64,000 bases of DNA from Iphione sp. A-MEVVRFRX5 (GCA_976226885.1 OZ320319.1:45818001-45882000); one strand, 5' to 3'; numbered from the stretch's first letter, positions 13,831-27,308 are shown. The notes: a model not told the origin generated them from the sequence alone. Numbers and translations are program-made.

Positions 13831-15628
13831 GACAGCAAAAACAAGCATGGATGCACACACGCAAGCATGCATACATGCAAATGTCTCTGTCCTGTAGGGT
13901 CCATTAGGCACGCCATCCCATCTCACTAGGTCCCTTATGTTAACCCTCCCCATGCCTTTTGTCTGCCCTGTGGCCGTACTCTGGATGGAAATGTAGGATC
14001 CTGCCTCATGTCGTCTTCATCCCCTCCAGACTGGAGTAACTAAAGACGAGAAAACAGTAAAAATACCCTAGCATTAGACTACCAAATATAAACCCAAATA
14101 AAGTATTTTGGACTTGGGTAAAACCCTTGACTCCATTTCTGATTAAGGTTGGGTTTCCATGTGTATGTGTTGCTGTGAGGCGTGTTTCCACAACCATGTT
14201 TCTTAATCATCTAACCACTGTAACAACAGTAAACACGGTCAGTGTCTTTCCATGTGTGTGGTGTTTTCCAGCCCTGAAGTATGGTAAAACACAAGAATAA
14301 AGGCAAAAATCAAGCAAATTGGCCCGAAAAAGGCAAATATCAGGCAAATTCAGTACATTATCTTACATGTAACCATGAATTTTCTTGTATTTAGGCTGAA
14401 TTTCCATGTAATTTGGCATTTTTAGGCCTAGTTTCCATGGAATGTACCATCTTTAGGCTGAATTTCCATGTACAATGTAATTTGGTGTTTGGGGGCTAAG
14501 TTTCCATGAAATGTGCCAAAAAGGGCAAAAATCATTAGGATAATAGATCAGAAATAGATCAGCAACAAAATGCACCCTGTAAATCCACAGGGGAGCAAAA
14601 GAACTTATTCAGCCGAGAAAATAATCATGTTCGACACTACGTGACTTTAGACCACATAATAAACACCCAGTCACTAATGATATATATGGTGCTCAAATAT
14701 GACAATGTGGTTTACAAGATAATACGATGAAAATTCTTGAAATCATTCAAACTACCCATCCTGAAATCTCCTTTTTAAAGAGTGAGCAACCTGGAACAAA
14801 CAGAGATATGACAACAATACAAAATAACACCCAGCAGCTGTAAATGTTATGACAAAAAATTACTTGGCGTTTTCTCTTAGTGGTTTCATCAATACATGCA
14901 ATTTAAGGTATCTACAAGCCAATATCCCTAGTTTTAAATATTATGTTTTCAACACTACATGTATATCACTAGGACTAATATCATTGAATCTCGCCAATCA
15001 CATAACCTCAATTTTTGCATACTTTTCATTGTGACCAATTAAGTTCCACTAAAACTGTATTCATATATTCAAATAACCGAGAACTGCCATTCCAGGTGAT
15101 TTACTCTAGTTGTACTGGAATTGCTGGTTGTGGGAATAGGTGAATTTGAAGAGAAAAAGTTGACTCCTGGTAAACTTTAGTCGTAAATAGTTGAGTTGTG
15201 GTGCATTTGAGGATTAAAAGGCGGAGTTTTGGGGTATCTAGCAGAAAAGGCTGAATTACAGCGAATTTGAGGAGGAGTAAGACTGTACAAGCATGTATTT
15301 CTAATTGATTGATATCATGTTTCACAGCCTAGCATGAGGCCACAAACTTCAAAATCATAAAAACCTAAAACTAGCATGATTTTATGTCAAAGGATAGCCA
15401 TTCTAGTTTTCGAGCTTTTCCTGCTCATCTAGTTTGTACTGCACTTAAAAAGCACCTTTTTTCCATGTACTTTCAGTTACTCTGCATGCAAATGACAATA
15501 ACTTACCTGTTACAACCAACAGATAACTACAGAAAAAGTCAACCATTAGCTACCAATTTACACCACCCCACACCAGAAGTTGTACTACTGTAACAAAATA
15601 AGCGTAAAAAGATGAGATAGTTTCTTAC

Positions 15629-15782
15629 TTTCATTGACCTCAACATCCTTATCGGCCATATGAGAGCAGGCTCCAAATATGATGAGGTTTTCAATATTTT
15701 CGGAGTAACTGTTTGCCATCATTATCGCTGAAATGCCACCATCACTCCACCCAACCAATGAGTATTTCTTGAAGCCAATCGT
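15629..15782 (-). CDS. BPHL: BPHL-like hydrolase exon 4 (nucleophile GWSDGG)
   Basis: 154 bp; AAG acceptor, gtaaga donor; TIGFKKYSLVGWSDGGISAIMMANSY...FGACSHMADKDVEVNE. Confidence 0.95.
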
Positions 15783-16399
15783 CTTCATATATAAAAAGAA
15801 AATGTTCATATATAGACATTCGCAAGAAGTGGATATGCACATACACTAGCAACTCGGAATTAAGACTAGTAATGGAACGGGACAATTTTGCCCTTATCTC
15901 TGGTTACCCTGCTACCACTGTTCATCATATCACATCACATCAGCGATTAGTTGCATAAATTGCAGTCCTTGAACTCGGGTCTCACAAAAATATAGGTATT
16001 CTTATGAGGTCAAGGTTATAATATAGGGCAAATACAGAGAAATTCAGTGTATATAGGGACCTCTATGCAATTTTGAATACCTTACTTGCTGATACAAATT
16101 CCCTGAATGGTTACTAGGAGTGATTTCAGTAGAAACGTAAGCCTATACATAAAGTTTTCCTTCTGGGCAAGCAGAATCACTACATATTGAAAGCGTTTAA
16201 CTAAAGGATACCACTTGTTGACTACTTAGCTGTAGTTCCTTGTGAAAATATTTATTCGTGTAGAGACAACTCTCTTGAATTGGGAAATATCAATTTCCTT
16301 CACACTTGGTACAAAGGACACTAAACAAACTGTTTGAAGACACCCAACAAAGAATTTTTTTACATTAACAAATAACTAATGTCTAAATCTAGGCCCTAT

Positions 16400-17500
16400 G
16401 AGAGGATAATGCGAGTCTCACTCAAGCATGCACTTTTTTAGTACCTAATAAGACAATGATGGATAAAACATTGTAACATGTCCATCTCACCTACCTACAT
16501 AACACACCTACCTACATCTCACAAAACCCTTTAAAAATAATTCTGTCCATCTTAATCTATATTCAGCTGCCAATCTTAACCCAACTCTTTCCACTGCTAC
16601 TAGCATTCCAAGTCTGTTTTTCAAAATCAGCCACTAAGCGATCAATAGCATCTCTCAACAACATTCTTTTTTTGTCACTTTTTCCCTCCTCTCCTCAAGG
16701 CATGAAGGTTTATTTTCTGCGGTAATGAACACTCTACTGTGGCCAGATTATTCACTTGGTTGTACTCACTGGAGTGATAGAAATCTAGGTAGATCTCACC
16801 AACAAAAACATTATATCGTTTCTGCACCAGTTTATAATCAACCATTGCTAAGTGTAGCAACGAATCAGGTGACAAGTGTCAGCAACAGCTAAGGGGTAAA
16901 TATGTAAAGACAAATTAACTTGTGGATAATCACAGTAGCTAATGAACAGTGACAGGCAACAGCTATAAAAGTTCGTGGGTGGCAGCATACGTCATCAGGC
17001 GGGAGCACAGTCCAAGGTAGGCACCATAGCGGAGTATAACAGTAGTACATGTACTTGAGTTTCAGCATAATCACCATGTCCTTAGCTAAAGTAGGTGACC
17101 AATGGTGTAGGTTCGTCAAGGCCACCGTCGACTGGTTCTCAGTAAGATCATGGGGCACAGGAGTGGTGGACGGACGGTCACCGGAACCTCCCAGACTGTC
17201 AGTAAACGGTAAGGGTGGAGAAGAAATGGCATGCAAAAGTGGATCGGGGGACCTGGACTTGATCGTAGAGGCATCTCTCAACAATGTAGATACGCTGGGG
17301 GTGTTTACAGTGGTGCTATAGTCCACTTGAATCAGACGGTCAGGACCGCCTACACTGGTAGATGGTAGGCTACTGTCGGTACATGAGCTGGGCGTCGCCT
17401 GTGGTTTTCCAGGCAGGGCAACCTTTGGAGACCTAGGGGTTGCCGTGTCTTCATCATCTGTCAGATGGAGGTCTTCCTCCAGGAGATACAACCAGAGTGA
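16400..17500 (-). mobile_element. Possible decayed non-LTR retrotransposon (APE-endonuclease-like remnant)
   Basis: Ser/Pro/Thr-rich ORF followed by VGEIYLD...RRGG fragments reminiscent of LINE APE; weak. Confidence 0.3.
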
Positions 17501-17559
17501 TCTCGTACCAAGATCAATTTGGCTAGCAGGACAGTTACTGTAGTGTCTCCATCCAGCAT

Positions 17560-17970
17560 GCTGAATGTAGTATGAAATGGTTTTAAAGAACAGCGAAACA
17601 GTTTTACTTTATAGCAGAGACAGTGTAATGGCTGGTTAATAAGTCTCAGATGTTAAAACAGTTCGGTCAGTACGTACGAAGTAGCTTCTTCCAGTTGAAA
17701 TGGTTGCTGTCGTAACAATGTGTGGGCACGTTGAGCATCTAATCTTCCAAAATGGTTCATCCCCTTCGAGTTTCTTTTGGATAGGTCAAGGTGGTTAACA
17801 GCTCTCATAGGTTACGATTACTTCGGTAGGCTATAATTACTTTTTACTTAAACAAATTTTCATTTCCAAGTGGCTGTTTTAGTATTATGTGTGCCCTTTG
17901 GACTATGTCCTTAGTTCTGGAGTGTTACTGAGCATGGTAAGTGGTGATGAACGGGATCTTTTTTTCATCA
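17560..17970 (-). mobile_element. Penelope-like GIY-YIG region remnant
   Basis: Frameshifted fragments KKIPFITTYH and IAYRSNRNL.ELL, typical of the Penelope RT/GIY-YIG linker. Confidence 0.5.
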
Positions 17971-18129
17971 GTGTGGTGATTGTCCTCAGAAAACTTCCAT
18001 GGATTTCATTGAAATAATACATCTTTACAGCATACTTCCACAAATTTCTTTGTATTTACTCAATTTAAATACAAACATCAAACACACAAGATACGTGCAG
18101 CTAATGCTGCATATGGAGGTCACATTCTT

Positions 18130-18350
18130 TCAAATAGTGAGAGTATGAGTGAGAGCATGAGTGTTAGTAACAGCATGAGTGAGAGTATAAGTGTGAGTGA
18201 AAGCATGAGTAAGAATGAGTGAGAACATGAGTATCAGTGAGAACATGAGTGCGAGTATGAGTGTGAGGAAGAACATTAGTATGAGTAAGAGCATGAGAAA
18301 GAGCATGAGTGTCAGTGAAACCATGAGTGAGAATATGAGTGAGAGGGTGA
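18130..18350. repeat. Degenerate hexamer microsatellite (ATGAGT/GAGAGT)
   Basis: Direct inspection. Confidence 0.85.
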
Positions 18351-18810
18351 TGCAGTTGAGGGCAGGTAAAGAGAAAAACTGTGATAACTCTAAAACTATT
18401 GCTCACAGAAGGACTTGAACAAAATACTGCAAGTCGAATGACAGAGATGATGGGGCATTTTAGGGTGACACAGTTGAATGGCAGGTAAAGAGAAAAAGTG
18501 TGATAACTCTGAAACTATTGCACACAGAAGGACAGGACTTGAACCAAAACTCAGTGGCCCAAATAACAGAGTTGACAGGAGTGGGTTAGGGTAGATACAG
18601 TCTAAGGGCAGGTAAAGAGAAAAACTGTGATAACTCTGAAATGATTGCACATAGAAGGACAGGACTTAAACCAAAATATTACCGGCCAAATGACAGAGGT
18701 GACAGGGGCAGGTTAGAGTGACAAGGTTGACGGGCAGATAAAGAGAAAAACCATGATAACTCTGAAACTATTGCACCTCGAAGGATGGGACTTGAACCAA
18801 AATATTCCTA
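18350..18810. repeat. Tandem repeat, ~120-127 bp x4
   Basis: Anchor GGCAG(G/A)TAAAGAGAAAAA at 18361, 18480, 18607 and 18733. Confidence 0.85.
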
Positions 18811-19684
18811 GCTGCTACCCAGCCGCCGCACCTTGGCCACCACCTGGCTGCCACCCCCCGACCGCCACCGAGCCCTGCTGGCTCTGACCCCCGTCTCCCT
18901 TGTGGGGTCGCAATCGGCGCAGTATGATTGACACTCCCACCTGCTTCCCTCGTGCTCTGGGATATAAACGCGGATATGACCTCCATTGATAACATTTCTT
19001 GCTCCCCACTCTCTGCGCAGTGGCTGCACAAGGAGTGGACTGTGACATTCATCGCATCCTACCTTGCTCAGGCTTCTCCACTCTTTCCGCCCTGCCTTGG
19101 CAACCTCGCCATTCCCTGCCGCACCTCAGTGACCATTCCTGACTGCTATCAACCCCACGTCTCTGCCTTAGCAAGCCCATCTCACCACCTCAAGAACCCA
19201 CGGCTTCAATCTTATTCTTTATCTTAAACAAGTCACTGGCATAGTTCTTTACCAGGCTAAGACTCATTACAAAAGTAAATGCAAATATGACACATGACAT
19301 CTGAGCTGACACACTATCAATGACCTATTATAACCAATACTTATTTTTGGCTTTTCATATAAACACTCATATGCTGCTATTAGCCCAAAAAAAACTTTGC
19401 AGTTTTTCATGGACATTTCCTATGTTGTGTCATTTGTCATCATCTCTAGTGGCGTCAATGCACTAATAACTAAACCATACCATACTGAGACCTAACTGAA
19501 CTACTGCCCCCTATGAAGCATTGCCTGAAAAAAAATTTTTTCCACACAAGTTTTGCCATGTCCTTATACCCACCTTTATATGTTACAGAACAACAAAACG
19601 TACGTGCATGTATTTCATTTTGAAAACTGCTTTGATTTGGGCATGGAAAACAGGAAGGACATGTTGTGAAATTGGGAAACATAC

Positions 19685-19851
19685 CTCCATTAGTCTAGCG
19701 GCAACTCTGCCGTCTCGTCGAAGGAAGTCTGTAGGCCAAGTTCGGTCTGGTGGTCTGCTAAACCCATAGCCAGGTGGGTCCCACGCAATAATAGTGAACA
19801 TTTGTCTGTTTAGAAGTTTCATCTGATAGGGGAAGTCGGTGGTACCTGAAC
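19685..19851 (-). CDS. BPHL: BPHL-like hydrolase exon 3
   Basis: 167 bp; atgcag acceptor, gtatgt donor; SGTTDFPYQMKLLNRQMFTIIAWDPPGYGFSRPPDRTWPTDFLRRDGRVAARLME. Confidence 0.95.
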
Positions 19852-20351
19852 CTGCATCATTGGATACAAGACACTAGTCCTCACAATTCTAATGATAAAT
19901 TTAACCATATAAGGAGAGGCCGCGTTGAATTATGGTTGATAGATGAATATTTACATGATTACCCAAACTATCCAAACCCTGAAGGGGGGAAGGTTTTCCT
20001 CCCGAAAGCTTGGATGTAACCTGCATGTTTCTTGATGAATACAAGACAGTTCTGGAAATAGTGTGTTGGTTTTCATTTCACTAATTCATTTACATGATTA
20101 ATCCACAATCTTGAGAAATTCGACCTTATTGGCTTTTGTACCCGTAAACTAATGCACATTCTTTCTTTCACGAGCATCCCAACTTAGATATATTAATCAT
20201 TATTCATATGTGTTTATCTACTAAATGCAAAATAACCAAGTAATGGTCCTGGAAATGGCAGAACTGGCTGCTCAAAGGGTCTCATTCTAGACCAAAGTCA
20301 GACCAAAATGTATAATATATACTCTATAGAAACATCTGACATACAAAGGTA

Positions 20352-21023
20352 CAGTGAAGCCCCTGTCTACGGACGCCCGGACACAGCGGACAACCCCTAC
20401 AACGGACATGTTTACTCTAGTCCCCAAAAAAACAGTAAATAACATGTTTATAAGAGCTCGGACACAGCGGACACTCAGATACAGCGGACACTCACCTATG
20501 GACACTCATTTTACAGTCCCATACAGTGATTATACAGGGTTTACAGCGGACAAACACCCTGGAGGAACCGCTACCAACCCTCCTTTGATGAGTCCCCACA
20601 CCTGGGAGAGGTGTGAACTTGTCACTCACACCCTGGGGGAACTGCTACGAACCCTCCTTTGATGAGTCCCACACCTGGGAGAGGTACGAGCTTGTCCCTC
20701 CCACCCTGGAGAACCTGCTACTGTCCCTCCTTTGGTGAGTCCCCACATGATACACAGCCCATAGCCAGGAACATTTTTGGGGGGTATCGGAAGATACCCT
20801 CAATACTACAGAGGTAGAACTAATTTTTTTCCTCTCTATGGAGGCAAATAGGCATTAGTGGCTTTGGGGGGTATCAGATGATACCCCAGATACCCCCTTG
20901 GCTACGGGCCTGATACATGATAGAGAGAGAGGTAGAAGGGGTAGCTCGGATACAGCGGACACCCCTGACAGCGGACGTTTTGTGTGGAGTCCCGCCAATG
21001 TCCGCTGTCAAGGGGTTTCACTG
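20352..21023. mobile_element. Tigger/pogo-type MITE with internal ~76-bp repeats
   Basis: TA-flanked imperfect TIRs CAGTGAAGCCCC / GGGGTTTCACTG; internal tandem repeat at about 20560-20750. Confidence 0.8.
20753..20912. mobile_element. Small MITE nested in the Tigger-type MITE
   Basis: Imperfect TIRs CAGCCCATAGCCA / TGGCTACGGGCCTG; internal GGGGGTATC and GATACCCC motifs. Confidence 0.55.
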
Positions 21024-21348
21024 TATATAGATAATAACCTTTACGTAAGACACTCACCCAGCAGCATCTTCATCCTCTTGTCATAATTCATTTACTGACA
21101 TACTGCCAGACATACATACTTGCCACATGCACAAATACATAATTGGTCTTATGTCAAAATCATTCCTTTTCCATATGCAACTACAGTGTATGTGCTAGTA
21201 AACTTGATACAGTTGCACTTCATCCCATTAAAATGTTTCCAAAATCTTATTTCCATTAGATTTTCGACGATACTAACGGGCAATGGAGAGAGCGGATAAT
21301 TGCTGGGAGTTGGTAAAGAAACTAACAAAAAGGTTAAGGAGTACTTAC

Positions 21349-21452
21349 CTAATGCCCCAGGTAACAGTAACAGTACACGATTTCCCTCTCCTGCTCTTTG
21401 GTAGTGGATCTTGAAATCATCCACGTCCACGAAATGTGAGGTTACCCCATGG
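21349..21452 (-). CDS. BPHL: BPHL-like hydrolase exon 2
   Basis: 104 bp; gtgtag acceptor, gtaagt donor; HGVTSHFVDVDDFKIHYQRAGEGNRVLLLLPGAL(G). Confidence 0.93.
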
Positions 21453-22646
21453 CTACACGATGAAGATCGAGGCGATCCATATGAAAGGGAAGCAGGTTAG
21501 AAGTAAAAGTCTCCAAACCGACAATTTCCATATATCCAATTAAATCGAAAGGAACCAAATGTGTCGGTTATAGAAGGACCACTGTATATCATTTTAAACT
21601 GGGTTTAATGAGATTACTGTAGACGAGGTTGGAGTTCTGTTCCCTGTGGGTGCTACCTTGAAACTGAAGCCAAATGCTTCCATACCACTGTGGTTGCTAA
21701 GGGAGCATGTGATATCATAGCATCATGACATCACAATGACAATGACACCAGATTGTCTGCAGGATGACTGAAATACATTATTCCATGTCTGGTTTAGGAC
21801 CATTTAGTCCATGGTGTTTTGGGATCAAGGTTTCGCTAAGTTAAGCTCATCAGGCACCTTAGACAGGGTCATCAAGGTATTCAACTATTGTTGATATTTA
21901 TTTCCATTAATCAATATGGTGATTATGGGTGTTATGCTCCTTTCACATTGGTGGGATTGCTCCACCCAGACTGATCTGGAATTTGCCACCACATCGTAAA
22001 AAAAAAAAAAAAAAAAAAATGGGTTTAATGAGATAATGACCTATACATAAATACACACGGCTGTTAATAAAACAACTCAAACGTGATCTGCCTTTCATGA
22101 AATTATACAGACAAATACGAGAACATGGTGCATACATGAGAGACGAGGCACGCATGCGCCTGTGTTGCCTTATCACAGGCATTGACAGATATATAACACA
22201 GGTTCAAGGGTAATCGAGAAGTAGCGTCGTGCTCTAGTTTACGTCTACAAGCACGTAACACACAAAATAAGGAGTGAGAGTGGCACAGCTACAAAACCAA
22301 TGAGGCTTTGTTAAATAATTTTGAGGACTACATCCACATTACATATCTAACTGAAAAACAAAATACATGGATAAAAAGTTACTGCTGCTGTTGAAGCAAG
22401 CTTGAAACGTTAAAATAATATGGCTGAGCCAAAGCTACATTACTGCAATGCGAAGAAAGCGACAATTCAATTGTTGACGGTGTCAAGGGATCTTTGTGGG
22501 GAGCAACAAATCCACGTCAAATTATTTTAATTGTCGATATTGTAGTGTGTGCATGAAACCATGTGGTAGCATTCCGTGAGGTATTCCGTTTGGAATGATC
22601 AGCCTCAAGTGATCCGTTTCAGGTTGATACCGATCATACTGCACAT

Positions 22647-23005
22647 ATGGTTATAATCACTACCTATCACCCAACTTTCAATGACCTCCAAGGTGCAGTC
22701 AGAGGGAACTGGGAAATACTAGCAAGATCCACTCAGACCGAAGCGATCAAAACTAATCACAGCCCTATGGAGACCCAAGAACCTATGGGAACACTTAGTA
22801 AGAGCCAAGATAAACTATGTGGAGCAATAACTGGCAGGAGCTACAATATCTGTACAAAGGATGACTGCAGATATTGTGAAAAATTGAATACCACTGGAAC
22901 GATACGATCACACATCACAGGTAGATAATACAAAGCCAAACACAACTTGAGTTTTCAAAGTTTCAAAATTATGTATTGCCTAGAATGCAAAACATGTGGG
23001 TATAA
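22647..23005 (+). mobile_element. Penelope-like GIY-YIG endonuclease fragment
   Basis: IITTYHPTFNDL...CRYCEKLNTTGTIRSHITGR*YKAKHN...IMYCLECKTCG, truncated just before the GIY motif. Confidence 0.7.
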
Positions 23006-23046
23006 AGAATCAGGAGGAGGAGGAGACAGAGAAGATGATGTACAAC

Positions 23047-24150
23047 TTATCCGATGATCCGCAGCGATACCCGGTGAAGTCCTTTCATCAGTATGTGTCC
23101 CTCTTGAACAACTCGACGATCCTCAATAAGAGTCTGGGTCTCTCCCGCTGCATCCAGGATCTGCCAGCCCATCAGTATTGGTACACGTGGGGTCGTCACA
23201 GGGGCACCAAGCCAAAGGATCAATAACTTGCCCACTCGCATCATGCTCCAGGTGTTCCAGCTGGGCTCTCTTTGGTAGAACAGCAACCACCAGAGGAACA
23301 GTCTGCCCCTGAGCGGCCTGACTGGGAATGCCCCAGCATTGGTGCTCACTAACTACAAGAGTCCCTGTAGGTCCCCTAGGCTGGCCAGGAATTCGGTAGG
23401 GTTCTAGTCAAGACTCCCCGGGCGACCAGGAAGCCCAACGACAATGCAACTTGGCTGGTAGGGCAGCCTGACCCTCGTCATCAGAAATGACAATAACTGC
23501 TGACGACTAGGTCGTCTTACCCCTCCCCATCCTTCGCAGAGGTTAGGGTGCTGAATCTGAAGGAGACGATGATCGAGACGTACATAAACGTGATGTCTCC
23601 ACAGTAGCCAGTTGGTGCACCCGGAAAGGTGAAAGTTTCTTACCTGCTCCCTGGCAGCCAGTGAGGGAGGACGACGTCATGGTTACTTTCCGCACAGCCA
23701 TAGTGGACACCACTTCAGCTGGTCCAGGACAAGCGGGAATAGTTGGGGTCACTGACGATGACTCTGAATGGCTGGACCTGGTCGCGCCCAAGGGACCTGA
23801 CCTGCTGACAGAGAGAGCAAACCTCACGCTCAGTCTCAGTCAGTTTCTTCAGCCTCTCCGTAGCCTCCATGATGAGCTGGTACACCATCTCCTCAGCAAG
23901 CTCGGCTGGAACGAGCTGCGGGGTTCCCTGGGTGGGGTTCGCCCCCTCAAACAGGAATTACTCTACCTCCACCTTCTGGCCTAGCTCACGGCCATGATGA
24001 ATGAGGCAGAGGTGCATCACTAGGTCCACACATTGACAGAAGGCCTGTCCCCGACAGGCTGCAGTCCTGGATGCACTACCACTTGCATACGGGTGTCTGG
24101 CATGAAGCTGGTGGCACTCTGCAGTGGCAGGAGGGGTGTGGTGGATTATC
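23047..24150 (-). pseudogene. Decayed homologue of the C2H2 accessory ORF
   Basis: Colinear ungapped matches to 46204-48723: finger 2 (23997-24056), helix (23844-23912, 11/23 identical), SIM-like VIVISDDE (23474-23497), C-terminal domain (23143-23214, 11/24 identical). Confidence 0.8.
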
Positions 24151-24826
24151 CTGCAATTATTGTCGCATCCAGAATTTGATAAATATTGACAAATAATCTC
24201 CAACTTCCGAAAGCAACTTCTTTTCTTCGTAGTTATGCTCTGCAACAACTCCTGGGGGATCTGCTTCCTTGCGACCACACTGTCGGCATTAGAGCCTTGA
24301 CAGGGCATCAGCATTTCCATATTTCTTTTCTGGACAGTGGATGATCCTGAAATTGTCGCAGAAGATCTCGAAGCACCTCTGGCACAGCCATTTGAGGGAG
24401 TCATGGTCGATCTGAGTCCCTACTTCTTGGGCTCCCATGTCGTGCCAGAACCACCACAGTGCCCACACAACCCCTAGGAATCCCTGTCAAATGATGCAGT
24501 AGTTCCTTTCAGCCCTAGAGACGGCAGCTGGTATAAGCAATGACGTGTTCCTGTCCATCTTGTTCTTGACTGAGTGCAGCCCTGATGCCTAGCAGTGATG
24601 CATCTGTATTCATCTGCAATTCCCCCTTAGCTCTGGGGTAAACCAGTGTGGTAGCAGCTACCAGCTCATGCTTAAATGTCACAAATGCCTCTTCACAGGC
24701 TGTCATCCGGCTGAACTCCATACCCTTTTCTGTCAGTGTGATGAGTGGAGAGGTAACATGAGCAAATCCTCATACAAAACTTCAATAATATGAGGCTAAA
24801 CTGATATAGCTCCTGACTTCCATTAA

Positions 24827-25181
24827 CCCATTAAGGGCTGAGACAAGTATGAGATAAAGTCTCATTGAGACTAGGACATGGGGCTAGACACTCTCCCAAA
24901 GGACGAGGGCTTTATAGATAATAATGCCATTACATGCCTGTTGTATGAAAGGTGTAAAAATATGTATAGGTTCTTGTCATTAGTAATGAAAAATAAGCTT
25001 ATTTCAGTTGTTTGACATGTTTTCTTAGTGGAAAATCCTTTAAAAAAATCTAGAAACACTTCAAAATATACCCTGATCCATGATGCCTCAAGGCATCATT
25101 CGTCCTCCCCATGGTGATGCCTGCAGGCATCATTAGTCTTACCAATGGTGATGCCTGAAGGCATCACTGGTCCCCATTGGG
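24827..25181. mobile_element. piggyBac-type MITE inserted in the decayed Gypsy pol
   Basis: TTAA on both sides; ends CCCATT / ATTGGG; removing it rejoins WPAPKCL-EVRSYISLASYY. Confidence 0.8.
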
Positions 25182-26747
25182 TTAAGCACTTGGGGGCTGG
25201 CCAGTCGCAGATGGCTCACATCTTCTCTGGGTCTGGGACAATACCTTTTGCTGAGACCATGTGTACTAGATACTTAACCTCCTCTTGGCAAAGCTGATGC
25301 TTTGATGGCTTGATCTTCAGCCCAGTTTCTTGATGGCATTGCAACACCACTCCTAGATTGGTCACAGGTACCCTTCACTGACTGCCCCAGCACTATCACA
25401 TCATCAAGGCAGTCAAGGCATTTGTCTTCCAGAACTCTGATGAGGATGGCTTCCATCAGCCATTCAAACATAGACGGCACATTACACAGCCCAAATGGCA
25501 TAACCTTGAACTGATAGAATCCTTCCATGGTGCTGACTACTGTCTTCTCTCTGTCCTCCAGATGAATTCCCACCTGTCAATAAATGCTGGCCAAGTCTGA
25601 GGTCAAAAAATACTTCACCCCCTGCAACGCATCAAAGGTGCCATCGGTGCATGGGAGCAGGTAAGCATCGTTCTTTGTATAACCATTCAGTTTGCAGTAA
25701 TGCACACAGAATCGTATACCACTGTCTTTCTTCCACACGAATCCCACTGGTGAGGCCCAAGGACTGAGTGAGGGCTTGAGTAATCCCTGGTCTCGCATCT
25801 TCCAAACCTCAGTTTTAGCTGGTCCATTCCTGTGGTATCCCCGGCTCTCAAGTCTATCTCTCATGAGGAAATGGCCTAGGCTTGTCCTATGCAAGTTTCA
25901 CTGAACACTCATAGAGGCTCTTCTCCAGGGTTCCACACAAATATGCTCAAGCTGTCATCTGTACTACTTAGCAAGGTGGATATCACACGTAGCCTAGACA
26001 GGCTTTCATATTAGACCTCCGGCTCCACCAGCACCGTGTCTCCTTCTGGCATCTGCATTACCTGCACTGACAACAGCTCCTGACATTGCCCTCCAATTGT
26101 ATTGGTCTCCCTCACCGTGGCCTTAGGTCTCACCCAGGTTGGCAAGAATGCTTCCACCCATCCTGTCCCAGTATGCACAGTCATGTCCCACGTTCCAAGG
26201 GTGTCCAGACCCAACAATCCCTCTGCCTCGATATTGCCAACACATACCCAGATGGACAAGAGTTCATCACCGAGCTTTACAGTGACATGAACTCTAAAAC
26301 TTCTAATGGCTGCCCATCTGCGCAAAGAACCCAGCCGCTGGACTGCTGTAGTATGACTCCAGTCAACAGATGAAATATCCGTGAGGACAGGATGGTTACT
26401 GAGGCTCCTGTGTCTATTAACCAGTTGATGGTAACCCCTCGGATAGCACCAGTAAGAATCCACCCCTTGGCTGTCTGACTCCTCCTCACCTGTAGGTTGC
26501 TGTTGCATCTAGACCCAATGTGAATGGCTGCGTGTTGTTCTGGCCATTCCCCCTGAGACTAAAGTGCTGGGCAATCCTGCTTGAAGCCAGTGCAGGGCTA
26601 GATGGATGCACTTCCTCACCGCTCCCCACACAATTTACCCTGATCATGGTGCTCCCTACTCTGTTCGTGTCAGTGCCTTTGGTAGTGACAATCTGTTCTC
26701 TCTCCTCTCCACGTAACCCCTCATAGTCTTGATTAAGCCTAGGAAGG

Positions 26748-26765
26748 ATCCCACTGCTGCCACCA
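26748..26765 (-). promoter_or_regulatory. Primer-binding site (tRNA-Leu) of the decayed Gypsy
   Basis: TGGTGGCAGCAGTGGGAT, 17/18 identical to the PBS at 40504; the LTR end begins at 26767. Confidence 0.8.
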
Positions 26766-27308
26766 ATGTTACGCAGTCTGCTGCTATAAAGACTCGTCAT
26801 ACGAGATAAAGTTTCAATAATGTTTATTGCTTAATAGCCAACTGAGAACTGAGCTAAAGCCCATCTCTACCATACCCTTTATATAATGTAGATGGGGAGC
26901 TTGCACAGACACATACTCTCACACACAGAACCCCACACACCACACTCACTCACACAAACACTCCCATATGTACCCCCACATTCTGCCCTGCACTCACGCT
27001 ATATTATCGAGGCCCCTTGTAGAAGTGCCAATGAAACAAGGAAGGGGACCTATGAGGTCTATTGTCCTACCTGCCATTCAGTCAACTGGAACTAATTAGT
27101 TCTGTCTGGGTGAACAAACTATAACATATCTTCATGCCTTGAAATCAACAAACTGTGTGTGTCAGGCTGTGTGCAATCACATACCGGTATTCAAATATAA
27201 ATTAACCTTTAAATCACTAAGATTGATACAAAAATAAGCCAGTGTCAAGAGTCCATATAGAGAAACACCATATTTTGAAATCAGAGCATTTGATGCGAAT
27301 GTATTAAG

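Larger units (their letters stand above)
23047..27000 (-). mobile_element. Decayed Ty3/Gypsy element (relative of the intact element at 40315-49193); integrase deleted
   Basis: LTR end plus tRNA-Leu PBS at 26748-26767; PR WLIDTGASVT; RT SPWASP and FKVMPFGL; RH end YGNADALSR.CRQCGR; accessory-ORF remnants; outer LTR boundary uncertain. Confidence 0.85.

Noticed and set aside
26840-26905. Inverted repeat around the TATA of the decayed Gypsy LTR as a GCGGAG site pair
   Set aside because: An imperfect IR exists (CCCATCTCTAC / GTAGATGGGG), but neither the motif nor the 33-bp spacing matches; left unresolved
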